DNA from: an uncultured Candidatus Saccharibacteria bacterium
Lineage (GTDB): Bacteria; Patescibacteriota; Minisyncoccia; 2-02-FULL-40-12; GWA2-44-9
Assembly (NCBI GenBank): GCA_964513645.1
Contig: CAZENF010000002.1
Coordinates: 142,072-206,071 of the forward strand
Length of the DNA: 64,000 bases
Reading direction: 5' to 3'
The notes beneath the pieces are model-generated. The model searched no databases. It saw only the letters and a list, made by a program, of their open reading frames with translations, and was not told the DNA's origin. Below are positions 38,276-46,678 of the stretch, piece by piece. The position numbers were made by a program, and so were the translations under genes. Position 1 is the stretch's first letter. Each line of letters begins with the position of its first letter.

Positions 38276-40786
38276 ATGGATTTTGATCTTAAAAATTCTC
38301 AAATATATAAAGCGGTAATATTTTACGGCCTTTTTCCGAATTGGCTCTTAAGAATATACCGGACTTCATTTTTGATAATCGGTTCTTTGCCTTTAGCCGG
38401 ACTGATGGCTGATAAATTCTTTGCCGCTAACATTAATCTGAACTTAGGTTGGGCCTATGTTTTTCTGCCACTTGGTTTTTCGGTTCTGTTCTTTGAACTG
38501 TTCGGTAATTATTACCTCCGTTATCCTAAAATCCCCAAGAACAATAACTTAGCCGAGCAGTTAGAATATGAGGCGGCGGCCGTGATGGAGAAGGCATATA
38601 TAATGGCAAACAAGATTGGCGAAGCGAAGATCTCCACCAGAACCGTGCTTATCGCGATGTTTAATGACCCGGTTACGGCTAAAGTTATCCGGCGCCTCAT
38701 CCCCAACTTTAATGATGTTAAGCCACAACTCGTTGGTCTATTGGGAACCGAAGAACAAAGATCTTCGGGCATGTCATCAAAGAAGGAACTTTCACCGGAA
38801 ATGAAAGAAGTTCTGGAAGGAGCCCTTAAATCAAAAGACCGCCACAAGGGTTACCGTGTATCCATCCTCGATATTCTGGCCTCAATGTTCGATTACAACG
38901 ATGGATTCAAATCTTTTATTTTAAATCAAGGATTCGATGAGAATGATCTTGAGGAATTATCGGATTGGTACGAAAATATCTGGAGTTTTTGGCGCGAATA
39001 CAAAAAGTTCTGGAGCTTGGATAATCTCCTCCGTCAGCCGCCGATCGGCCGGGACTGGATATACGGTTATGCAGGCCATCTGACCGCTTTTTCAATGAAC
39101 CTGACTGATAAAATGGAATTTTCAAAGCCGACCCTCCGTTTATTTATGCGCCAAAAAGAAATTAATCAAATGGAACAGGTCTTAGCTCGTTCAGGCGAAA
39201 ACAATGTTCTGTTGGTCGGTGAAGAAGGTGTCGGTAAGGATTCGATAATTGCCGACCTGGCTGAAATGGCGGCGAAGGGTCACGCCCTGCCCCAGCTTAA
39301 TTACCGGAAGATATTTGACCTTAATCTTTCTCTGGTCGCCGGAGCGTCTAAAAACATTGTTGAGGTTCAGAACTTGCTCCTCGAAATATTTAACGAGGCG
39401 ATCAGGGCCGGAAATGTTATTTTGGTTCTTCGGGATTTTCACAATTTTATCGGAGAAATAGGCGGCTTAGGTCGGATAGATGTTTCACAAGTCCTCCTCC
39501 CCTACCTTAAGGCATCTAACATTCAAGTTATCGCTACTACTACTCCGCAGGCGTTCCATAAATTTATCGAAAGCCGTTCAGAGCTATCAAGTATTTTTGA
39601 AAGAATAGATATCTCCGAACCGAGCGCAACAGAAACAAGAAGAATATTGGAAGAAGCCGTGCCGGGTGTCGAAAGCCGTTCCGGAGTTATCGTTACTTAC
39701 GGAGCGATAAAACAAATTGTCGACGGTGCCGATAAATTCATCCGTTCCTCGCCTTTTCCTGAAAAGGCCTTCGCGCTCTTAAGCGAAGTCGTTTCATACA
39801 ATGTTGCGGCCAAAAAAAGATTGATAACCCGAGAAGATGTCGAGGCGGTCATCAGCCGCAAGACGGGTGTGCCTTTGGGACCGGTTGAAGGAGATGAGAA
39901 GGTCAAATTAACCCGCTTAGAAGAGTTGATGCACAAGGAATTAGTAGGCCAGAACCGGGCGGTCCAGGTTGTAGCTTCAACTATGCGACGGCTTCGAACC
40001 GGTCTTGCCAAGCGCGGCAAACCGGCCGGAGTTTTCCTTTTTGTCGGTCCGACCGGTGTCGGTAAAACTCAAACCGCAAAGATACTCGCCAAAACTTATT
40101 TTGGTTCGACCGACCGGATGCTTAGGTTTGATATGTCGGAATATCAGAAACTTGATTCGATCGACCAATTTTTGGGTTCGACCAAAACCAATGAACCGGG
40201 CCAGTTTGTTACCGCGGTTCGCGATCACCCGTTCTCCTTAATACTTCTTGATGAAATAGAAAAAGCCGATAAAAATATTCTTAACATTTTCCTCCAAGTT
40301 TTCGATGAAGGCCGCCTGACCGATGTTTTCGGCAGAAAAATAAACTTTGAACAAAATATCATAATTGCAACTTCGAACGCCGGAGCAGATGTTATCCGGG
40401 ACCTGGTCAAAGAAGGTCTCGATCCTTCGATGGAAAAGGAAAAAATTGTCGACGTCCTGATAAAGGGCGGCTATTTCCGGCCAGAACTTTTAAACCGTTT
40501 TGATGAGATAGTCGTATTCCATCCCCTTTCGCAGGTAGAGGTCGGACTCATTTCAGGACTTCTGATGGATAACCTTGCGACGAGAATGAAAGATCAAGGA
40601 TATATTTTTAAACCCACCCAGGATGTTACCGACTATGTTTCCAAGGTCGGTTTTGATCCTCAATTCGGCGCACGGCCGATGGAGCGTGTGATACGAGATA
40701 AAGTCGAGAGCGCCATTGCTAAAAAAATTCTCGACGGAGATATTGTAAAGGGCAAGCCCTTTTCTCTCAAACAAGAAGATCTCTAA
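38276..40786 (+). CDS. Membrane-anchored ClpA/B-like AAA+ ATPase
   Basis: N-terminal TM segments; D1 GEEGVGKD with degenerate Walker B; D2 GPTGVGKT, LLDEIEK, RPELLNRFD, FGARP. Confidence 0.88.
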   Translation: MDFDLKNSQIYKAVIFYGLFPNWLLRIYRTSFLIIGSLPLAGLMADKFFAANINLNLGWAYVFLPLGFSVLFFELFGNYYLRYPKIPKNNNLAEQLEYEAAAVMEKAYIMANKIGEAKISTRTVLIAMFNDPVTAKVIRRLIPNFNDVKPQLVGLLGTEEQRSSGMSSKKELSPEMKEVLEGALKSKDRHKGYRVSILDILASMFDYNDGFKSFILNQGFDENDLEELSDWYENIWSFWREYKKFWSLDNLLRQPPIGRDWIYGYAGHLTAFSMNLTDKMEFSKPTLRLFMRQKEINQMEQVLARSGENNVLLVGEEGVGKDSIIADLAEMAAKGHALPQLNYRKIFDLNLSLVAGASKNIVEVQNLLLEIFNEAIRAGNVILVLRDFHNFIGEIGGLGRIDVSQVLLPYLKASNIQVIATTTPQAFHKFIESRSELSSIFERIDISEPSATETRRILEEAVPGVESRSGVIVTYGAIKQIVDGADKFIRSSPFPEKAFALLSEVVSYNVAAKKRLITREDVEAVISRKTGVPLGPVEGDEKVKLTRLEELMHKELVGQNRAVQVVASTMRRLRTGLAKRGKPAGVFLFVGPTGVGKTQTAKILAKTYFGSTDRMLRFDMSEYQKLDSIDQFLGSTKTNEPGQFVTAVRDHPFSLILLDEIEKADKNILNIFLQVFDEGRLTDVFGRKINFEQNIIIATSNAGADVIRDLVKEGLDPSMEKEKIVDVLIKGGYFRPELLNRFDEIVVFHPLSQVEVGLISGLLMDNLATRMKDQGYIFKPTQDVTDYVSKVGFDPQFGARPMERVIRDKVESAIAKKILDGDIVKGKPFSLKQEDL

Positions 40787-40789
40787 GTG

Positions 40790-40860
40790 TGGACCCACCG
40801 GGAATTGGACCCGGACCTCGGCAATGCGAATGCCGTGTAATACCGTTTTACTATGGGCCC
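40790..40860 (-). tRNA. tRNA-Ala(CGC)
   Basis: G3:U70 pair; CGGCA-TTCGCAT-TGCCG; atypical T-loop TCCAATT. Confidence 0.88.
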
Positions 40861-40927
40861 TCGCGTTGAGGGTTAAACGTCAGCTGTAATATATCTCATT
40901 TCCCTCTTAATTTAAAGTTTTTATAAA

Positions 40928-40959
40928 GAAAGAACCTCCGTTTTACCGGAGGTTCTTTC
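40928..40959. terminator. Intrinsic terminator-like hairpin
   Basis: GAAAGAACCTCCG...CGGAGGTTCTTTC. Confidence 0.65.
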
Positions 40960-41090
40960 CAAGATTGTTTCGCGATCTACTATACAATTTGAAATCTGAC
41001 CTTTGCCTTTTTTAGCAAAGCCAGAAGTTCATATTTGAATTCTACTAAAAAGCACAAACCTTAGCAATCCACACTGTGAACAATTCAAAA

Positions 41091-41150
41091 TCGGGCCGCC
41101 GACCTGCCCGCCCTCCTTCGTCGGGTAAATTGGCAGGTAGAGAGTCGAAC
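41091..41150 (-). repeat. Duplicate of tRNA-Pro 3' end interrupted by 39-bp element copy B (41103-41141)
   Basis: TCGGGCCGCCGA[39 bp]GAGTCGAAC versus tRNA TCGGGCCGCCGA-GAATCGAAC. Confidence 0.8.
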
Positions 41151-41173
41151 GAAACTGGAGTTTAAGTATTGAG

Positions 41174-41244
41174 TCGGGCCGCCGAGAATCGAACTCGGTC
41201 TTTACGCACCCGAAGCGTACGTACTACCGGCATACTCCGGCCCG
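41174..41244 (-). tRNA. tRNA-Pro(CGG)
   Basis: Reverse complement CGGGCCG...TACGC-TTCGGGT-GCGTA...CGGCCCG-A. Confidence 0.92.
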
Positions 41245-41260
41245 ACTCAATACTTACTTG

Positions 41261-41698
41261 TTAGTTTTTCCCGGTACTGCCAAATCCGCCGCGGTTCTTA
41301 CTTTTCATTTTCGAAACTTCCTTAAAATCCGCTTTTAGATATTTTACAAAAATTCCTTGAGCTATCCGCAGACCCTTGGCTATCGTAACCGGTCGTCCGG
41401 TAAAATTAAAGGCTGGCATTTTGTATTCATCCTCATCTCCACAGTAATCCCAATCCCCTATTCCGATGCCATGGATAGGTAGAATGCCATGCTTATGCAT
41501 TGAGCCGCGCGCGGCCAGAAGCAACATGTATCCTTTCGGCGTCTCAACTGCGATGTTCAAAGGAATGTATCCTACCATGCCCGGAGCTATTTTTACAGTT
41601 TCTCTCGCGGTTAAATCAAATCCTGCCGCACCCACGGTCTTATATTCCGGCATGGGAATCTTCTTATCAAAGCGTTTAATCTTTACTTTCTCAGACAT
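41261..41698 (-). CDS. dut: dUTPase
   Basis: GAAGFDL, DWDYCG, RIAQG, RGGFGSTG. Confidence 0.93.
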   Translation of the reverse strand: MSEKVKIKRFDKKIPMPEYKTVGAAGFDLTARETVKIAPGMVGYIPLNIAVETPKGYMLLLAARGSMHKHGILPIHGIGIGDWDYCGDEDEYKMPAFNFTGRPVTIAKGLRIAQGIFVKYLKADFKEVSKMKSKNRGGFGSTGKN

Positions 41699-43124
41699 AG
41701 TATTTTTTCATTCTTTCTTTCTCTTCTTCCTCAACCGCTTTTTCAATACGTTCGAGAGCTTTCTTGAGTTCTTCTGCGGATTGCTTGTCGAGTTCGTGAA
41801 TGCGTTGCTCAAGATATTCTTTTTTGTTTTTAGAAGGGTCGTCGAGAACTTCGGCTAACAAAGAGTTAAGTATCAGACCGATCTTCGGCCCCGGTTTAAT
41901 CTTGAGCTCTTTCATTATGTCTTCTCCGTTGACCTTAAGCATCTTCGCCGAGATAGGGTCATGCGACACTTTATCAATTATATACTTCATGTGCCTTAGT
42001 TTGTAAGGCACGGCCTTGGGGCGGCCCGAACCGACACGGTCTGCTTCGCGGACCTTAAGTAGGTCTTCCATATTTTCTTTGCCGACATTGACCATCAGCC
42101 GTCTGACCGAAGACTCCGTCACCTCGCCGACATTGTAATAGAACAAGTGATAGCGGACCAGCTTGATGACCTTTTCGGAAATATCTTTTGGAAATTTAAG
42201 CCGCTCCATTATCTGGGCCGTAATTTTGCCGCCGACGACATCATGACCGTAGAAAGTTGAATACTTGCCTTCGCCTCTTTTGGTTTTGGGCTTGCCGATG
42301 TCATGGAACAGAGCGCCTAAGCGGACAGCTAAGGAATATTTTTTATCCACGGTATATTTTAAGGCCCGGGTATTGTGTTCCCAGACGGTATAAATGTGAT
42401 GAAGGTTTTGTCCAACGTCTATCCCCTCTCTTAATTCTGGAACGATGTATTTTAAGAGTCCGGTTTCCTCGAGAAGAAGAATTCCGTCATAAGCATTGTC
42501 CGATTCGATTATTTTTACAAACTCGTCCCTTATACGTTCTTTGGATATCGCTCTCAACCATTCGGAATTTTCTTTTATGGCTTCTAAAGTCTTTTCTTCT
42601 ATCTTAAAATCGAGAACTGTGGCAAAACGGACTGCTCTTAAAAGTCGCAAAGCATCTTCGGCGAATCTGTCCTCGGGTTTACCGACAGTTCTTATAACCT
42701 TTTTCTTTATATCCTCTTCTCCCTGGAACAAATCCACGCCTTTGCCATTAATGTCAAAGGCGATTGCATTAACTGTAAAATCACGGCGGGCCAGATCGTC
42801 TTCTAATTTGGATACGAATTTTATTTCTCCCGGATGCCGTTTGTCGGTATATTTACCTTCTATTCTGTAAGGAGTTATTTCAACGATGGATAATGACGTG
42901 TCTTCCGAGCCAGTCTTAACTCCAACCGTGCCGAAGGTATTCTCGTAAACATGTTCCGGAAATATTTTTTGTATCTCCTCGGGCTTGGCGTTGGTGGTCA
43001 CGTCCCAATCCTTAGGTTCTTTTTTCATTAACAAGTCGCGAACGCAGCCGCCGACAATATAGCCTTCATAGCCGGCTTTGGAAAGTTCCTGGAGTATGTT
43101 TTTGATTTCTTTGGGTAAGGTCAC
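41691..43124 (-). CDS. cca: CCA-adding tRNA nucleotidyltransferase with HD domain
   Basis: VGGCVRD, DWDVTT, DLARRDFT, EDALRLLRA, FHDIGK; many tRNAs here lack encoded CCA. Confidence 0.9.
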   Translation of the reverse strand: MTLPKEIKNILQELSKAGYEGYIVGGCVRDLLMKKEPKDWDVTTNAKPEEIQKIFPEHVYENTFGTVGVKTGSEDTSLSIVEITPYRIEGKYTDKRHPGEIKFVSKLEDDLARRDFTVNAIAFDINGKGVDLFQGEEDIKKKVIRTVGKPEDRFAEDALRLLRAVRFATVLDFKIEEKTLEAIKENSEWLRAISKERIRDEFVKIIESDNAYDGILLLEETGLLKYIVPELREGIDVGQNLHHIYTVWEHNTRALKYTVDKKYSLAVRLGALFHDIGKPKTKRGEGKYSTFYGHDVVGGKITAQIMERLKFPKDISEKVIKLVRYHLFYYNVGEVTESSVRRLMVNVGKENMEDLLKVREADRVGSGRPKAVPYKLRHMKYIIDKVSHDPISAKMLKVNGEDIMKELKIKPGPKIGLILNSLLAEVLDDPSKNKKEYLEQRIHELDKQSAEELKKALERIEKAVEEEEKERMKKYYV

Positions 43125-43143
43125 CCTGGAAGTGGAAGTTCTG

Positions 43144-43214
43144 TGGACCTACCGGGAATCGAACCCGGCCCTCGTCCATGCCATGGACGCGTCGTACCGA
43201 TAGACTATAGGCCC
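43144..43214 (-). tRNA. tRNA-Ala(GGC)
   Basis: G3:U70 pair; CGTCC-ATGGCAT-GGACG. Confidence 0.93.
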
Positions 43215-43300
43215 ATTTAACTCCGAGCTGATTTAAAATTACCATTGAAAAATAACACAAAAATGATAAAATTACAAGGAAAATAGGTATTGCCGACATC

Positions 43301-43405
43301 GACCCTCTTGGTCGCCTACGCGTGTCCCCATAAGAAGCAAACCTCTCGGGAGCAGTTAAGAAAGGGGTCTTCTTATGGGGCCCCTCGCGGGCGACCTAAC
43401 GGGTC
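43301..43405. other. Long imperfect GC-rich hairpin before tRNA-Arg(CCU)
   Basis: Nested pairings GACCC/GGGTC, GGTCGCC/GGCGACC, CCCCATAAGAAG/CTTCTTATGGGG. Confidence 0.6.
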
Positions 43406-43416
43406 CCTCGACGAGA

Positions 43417-43488
43417 GCCCTCGTCGTTCAACGGATAGGACGGAGGTTTCCTAAACCTTAAATCGAGGTTCGATTCCTCGCGAGGGCA
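43417..43488 (+). tRNA. tRNA-Arg(CCU)
   Basis: GCCCTCG/CGAGGGC-A; loop TTCCTAA. Confidence 0.93.
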
Positions 43489-43551
43489 CCCTGATTTGAC
43501 ATTTCACCTCCGTAGTGCTATAATATAGAAGCTTAAAGGCTTACTTTATAT

Positions 43552-45171
43552 ATGATTAAAAACCCTATGAAAATTGAGCTTTTACTTACTGTAGCCCTTA
43601 TCGGGTCGTTTTTGGCTGTTTCCCCTGCCTTGGCTGCCGCTCCAAGTGTTACTACAAACACAGCAAATATTACCTCCGACCATAACGTCACTCTTTATTG
43701 TAGCTATAACTCAAACGGGCTTTATACCACGATTTGGTTCGAGCTTGGAACAAATTCTTCTTTAAGCGGAGCCAGGACGGTTTATGCCAACACCGATTGT
43801 ACGGCGGGAGTTATAAATCTTTTATCCGGAACTACGTATTATTACCAGGCGGTCGCAAGGAACTCTGACGGAACAACGTTCGGTTCAACAAATAGTTTTA
43901 CCATGCCTGGCAGTTCCGGCGGAAGTTATACTAATACCGGCGGGAACAATGGTTCGGGATACAATTCAGGTTACAACAATTGTTACAACAATTGCTATAA
44001 CAACGGTTACGTGCCTAACGGTAACACTTCTTATGGCGGATATAACATAAATAGCGGTCCGGCTGTACCCCAGGCACTAACAAATGGCCCGGCTTCAGTT
44101 GCTCCGACGACCGCCGTTTTGAACGGAAGCGTTAACCCTGAAAATTCTCCGGAAACAAAGTTCTGGTTCATGTTCGATACTTCACAGATCTTGGATGCAA
44201 GTAGCCAGAAAACCAGTGTCCAACCGACCGGAGGCGGAAATGCCAATCAATTAGTAACCGCAAACATATCTGGACTTACTCCCGGTACTACGTATTATTA
44301 CCAGGTCGTTGCGCAAAACAATTCTGGCACGGCTTTTGGTGGCAGCCGGACTCTAACTACTCCGACCGAGGCCCAGTACAACGCAAACCAGGCTAACGGC
44401 CAGGTTTTAGGTGCTACAACTTCGGTAAACGGCACTTCGGGCTCAACTTCAACTGGAAAAACAACTTCGAAGACAACTAGCCATAAAACATCAATCGCTC
44501 CCATCGAAAAAAATGCTCAAAATCCTCGCCCTTCATTTATTTCACTTGAGTATTCACTCGAAGGCCAAGGTGCCTTGGTTCTCTCGGCTGATAATATAAA
44601 ACCTAATCCGGGCGATAATTTTAATTACACGGTTGTCTACAAAAACGATACCAATTCGACTTTCAACAACGCCGGATTAAAAGTAATTATTCCTTCGGAC
44701 ACCAGCTTTCTTAACGCCAGTACGGAACCGATCATAGTTTCAGGCGATATAGTTCAGTTCGATCTCGGCAACGTTGCTCCTCATCAGAACGGCGAAGTGA
44801 TTGTGACGGTTAAGATAAAAGAAACTGCCGCTGCCGGTGAAAATCTTATCTTTACCTCGGTTATGACCTACAAAGACAGCTTCGGTATTCAATTGGCCAC
44901 GACCTCGTATCTGACATTAAAAATCGGCGCTTCAGGTAAAACAGAAAAAACCGCTTCTATTTTTGGCGCCTTTTCTGGTTCGGCCGGATTGTTATTGTTC
45001 GCTTTCGGCCTCATCATTCTTTTGGGAATAGTCATCTATGTTTTCTTGCGCTACAAGAAAATGAAGAAAGAGGAAAGCAAGGATTTTGATATGGGTATGA
45101 TACCGCCGACAGTTGAGCCGCTTCCGGCTCCGATGGGTCGGCCGGATGTCTTTCAGCCAATTAGCAAATAA
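43552..45171 (+). CDS. Cell-surface protein with FN3-like repeats and DUF11-like domain
   Basis: Signal peptide; two GTTYYYQxVA repeats; PGDNFNYTVVYKN; C-terminal TM with basic tail. Confidence 0.8.
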   Translation: MIKNPMKIELLLTVALIGSFLAVSPALAAAPSVTTNTANITSDHNVTLYCSYNSNGLYTTIWFELGTNSSLSGARTVYANTDCTAGVINLLSGTTYYYQAVARNSDGTTFGSTNSFTMPGSSGGSYTNTGGNNGSGYNSGYNNCYNNCYNNGYVPNGNTSYGGYNINSGPAVPQALTNGPASVAPTTAVLNGSVNPENSPETKFWFMFDTSQILDASSQKTSVQPTGGGNANQLVTANISGLTPGTTYYYQVVAQNNSGTAFGGSRTLTTPTEAQYNANQANGQVLGATTSVNGTSGSTSTGKTTSKTTSHKTSIAPIEKNAQNPRPSFISLEYSLEGQGALVLSADNIKPNPGDNFNYTVVYKNDTNSTFNNAGLKVIIPSDTSFLNASTEPIIVSGDIVQFDLGNVAPHQNGEVIVTVKIKETAAAGENLIFTSVMTYKDSFGIQLATTSYLTLKIGASGKTEKTASIFGAFSGSAGLLLFAFGLIILLGIVIYVFLRYKKMKKEESKDFDMGMIPPTVEPLPAPMGRPDVFQPISK

Positions 45172-45175
45172 TAAC

Positions 45176-45221
45176 TGGGCCCACGCTCGGAATTTTTTAA
45201 AAAGTTCCGAGCGTGGGCCCA
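45176..45221. repeat. Near-perfect palindrome overlapping a tRNA 5' end
   Basis: TGGGCCCACGCTCGGAA-TTTTTTAAAAAG-TTCCGAGCGTGGGCCCA. Confidence 0.8.
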
Positions 45222-45290
45222 TAGCTCAAAGGTTAGAGCCACCGGCTCATAATCGGTTGGTTCCTGGTTCAAGTCCAGGTGGGCCCACCA
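45215..45290 (+). tRNA. tRNA with CAU anticodon (elongator Met or Ile2)
   Basis: GGGCCCA/TGGGCCC-ACCA; ACCGG-CTCATAA-TCGGT; paired 1:72, so not the initiator. Confidence 0.92.
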
Positions 45291-45316
45291 CCTCGTTCTT
45301 TACAAGGAGAAATGAA

Positions 45317-45610
45317 ATGAAATTAGTACATCTGGTCGAAGCCATGGGTTCCGGTCAAAGCAACATGCCGCCTCAGATCGCAGAACTTCGAAAAACCAAG
45401 GTCGATGAGATCAAGGGCCTTCTCGAAGAGCACTACAAAAGAACTGATTGCAAGCATGATTTTCTTTCAGATGAATGCGGGGGAGTTTCTCTCGAGATGT
45501 TTCTTTACGACTTGCTCAATCATGAACCAGATCAGGATGAGTTAAATGCACTGAGCGGCGGACATGTCCCCGCTTTCCTTCAGCCCGGAGTTGGTGGTCG
45601 GTCAGCTTGA
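45317..45610 (+). CDS. Hypothetical protein within the tRNA cluster
   Basis: AAGGAG Shine-Dalgarno before ATG 45317; 97 aa. Confidence 0.65.
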   Translation: MKLVHLVEAMGSGQSNMPPQIAELRKTKVDEIKGLLEEHYKRTDCKHDFLSDECGGVSLEMFLYDLLNHEPDQDELNALSGGHVPAFLQPGVGGRSA

Positions 45611-45617
45611 ATACTGT

Positions 45618-45701
45618 GCCGGGGTGGCGGAAACGGCAGACGCAGCGGACTTAAAATCCGCGGCTCGAAAGAGCATGCGGGTTCGACCCCCGCTCTCGGC
45701 A
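45618..45701 (+). tRNA. tRNA-Leu(UAA), copy 1
   Basis: GCGGA-CTTAAAA-TCCGC; long variable arm. Confidence 0.92.
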
Positions 45702-45713
45702 TGACCTTTGTGT

Positions 45714-45789
45714 GCACCCGTAACTCAGTTGGCAGAGTGCCTGACTTTTAATCAGGAGGTCGGGGGTTCAAATCCCTCCGGGTGCACCA
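45714..45789 (+). tRNA. tRNA-Lys(UUU)
   Basis: CCTGA-CTTTTAA-TCAGG; CCA encoded. Confidence 0.95.
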
Positions 45790-45969
45790 AACTCACCTTC
45801 GTGAGTTTGGTGAGGATTTGAAAAGCGGAACCATATCGCAGTCAGCAGACTGAGATGGTGAGCTGGGGTTCTCGGAGTGAGATCTCAAATCACTCCTTGA
45901 GAACTCTGTCGACAGTTCGGCCGAGTGACCGGCGAGGCCGAAACTGGTGACCAAATCCCTCCGGGTGCA
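45790..45969 (+). repeat. tRNA-Lys(UUU) 3'-associated structured cassette
   Basis: 18-bp direct repeat CAAATCCCTCCGGGTGCA at 45769-45786 and 45952-45969; inverted T-arm copy GGATTTGAA at 45814-45822; four hairpins. Confidence 0.85.
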
Positions 45970-45981
45970 ATTCATTTTTGC

Positions 45982-46059
45982 GAGTCCGTAGCTCAGCTTG
46001 GACAGAGCACAAGCCTTCTAAGCCTGAGGCCGCAGGTTCGAATCCTGCCGGACTCGCCA
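45982..46059 (+). tRNA. tRNA-Arg(UCU)
   Basis: GAGTCCG/CGGACTC-GCCA; loop CTTCTAA. Confidence 0.92.
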
Positions 46060-46121
46060 TCCCCTCATTTGAGGGGATTCACTTTATTAATAATCGGCTA
46101 AATGATAAATTTTATTTAACT

Positions 46122-46211
46122 GGAAGCGTGCCAGAGTGGTTGAATGGGCCTGACTCGAAATCAGGTATAGGGGCAACCCTATCGGAGGTTCGAATCCTCC
46201 CGCTTCCGCCA
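46122..46211 (+). tRNA. tRNA-Ser(CGA)
   Basis: CCTGA-CTCGAAA-TCAGG; long variable arm; GCCA end. Confidence 0.95.
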
Positions 46212-46306
46212 GAAATAAAAACCGCTCTCGGAGTATTTTCGGCTACTTGTTGACTGAAGAGATTATTAATAGTATAATTATATTATAGCTATTTTGGAGG
46301 TTTCAG

Positions 46307-46528
46307 ATGCTACACAAAAGTCCGTCCGAGCTCTTAAAAGAATGTCGAAGAGAGTGCCTACTTCATTTACATGGGATGATGTCAGGTAGAATACATACTC
46401 GTCGACAGATAGAAAATTCGAAGAAAAAATGCGTATCGTTGAGGAGGAAGTATCTCGCCGCTCTTAAACGTAATCCCGGAATTGATTTATATGGGGAACG
46501 AGGGTTTCCTCCGAAAAAAATTTCTTAG
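46307..46528 (+). CDS. Small basic hypothetical protein
   Basis: GGAGG Shine-Dalgarno and TTGACT..TATAAT promoter upstream. Confidence 0.55.
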   Translation: MLHKSPSELLKECRRECLLHLHGMMSGRIHTRRQIENSKKKCVSLRRKYLAALKRNPGIDLYGERGFPPKKIS

Positions 46529-46678
46529 AATATATAATTACGCCGACCTATTTGTCGGCTTTTTAATTTCTTAAAACCGCACCAAAATCAAAATTAATTT
46601 TCCAGATAATCCCGCTTCCGCAAATTGACCCCACCTATAAATTATTATAGTATTTCAGCACTTTACCGTACCTTAAAA

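Noticed and set aside
43301-43405. SRP (4.5S) RNA
   Set aside because: AGCAG is present, but the CAGG-stem-GNRA helix-8 motif is missing on both strands.
43960-44010. Short AACAA-type repeats in the surface protein gene
   Set aside because: They encode an ordinary Tyr/Asn-rich linker (YNNCYNNCYNNG), not a separate repeat element.
45793-46253. Track ORFs 45793-45975 and 45978-46253
   Set aside because: They coincide with the structured cassette and the tRNA-Arg/Ser genes.
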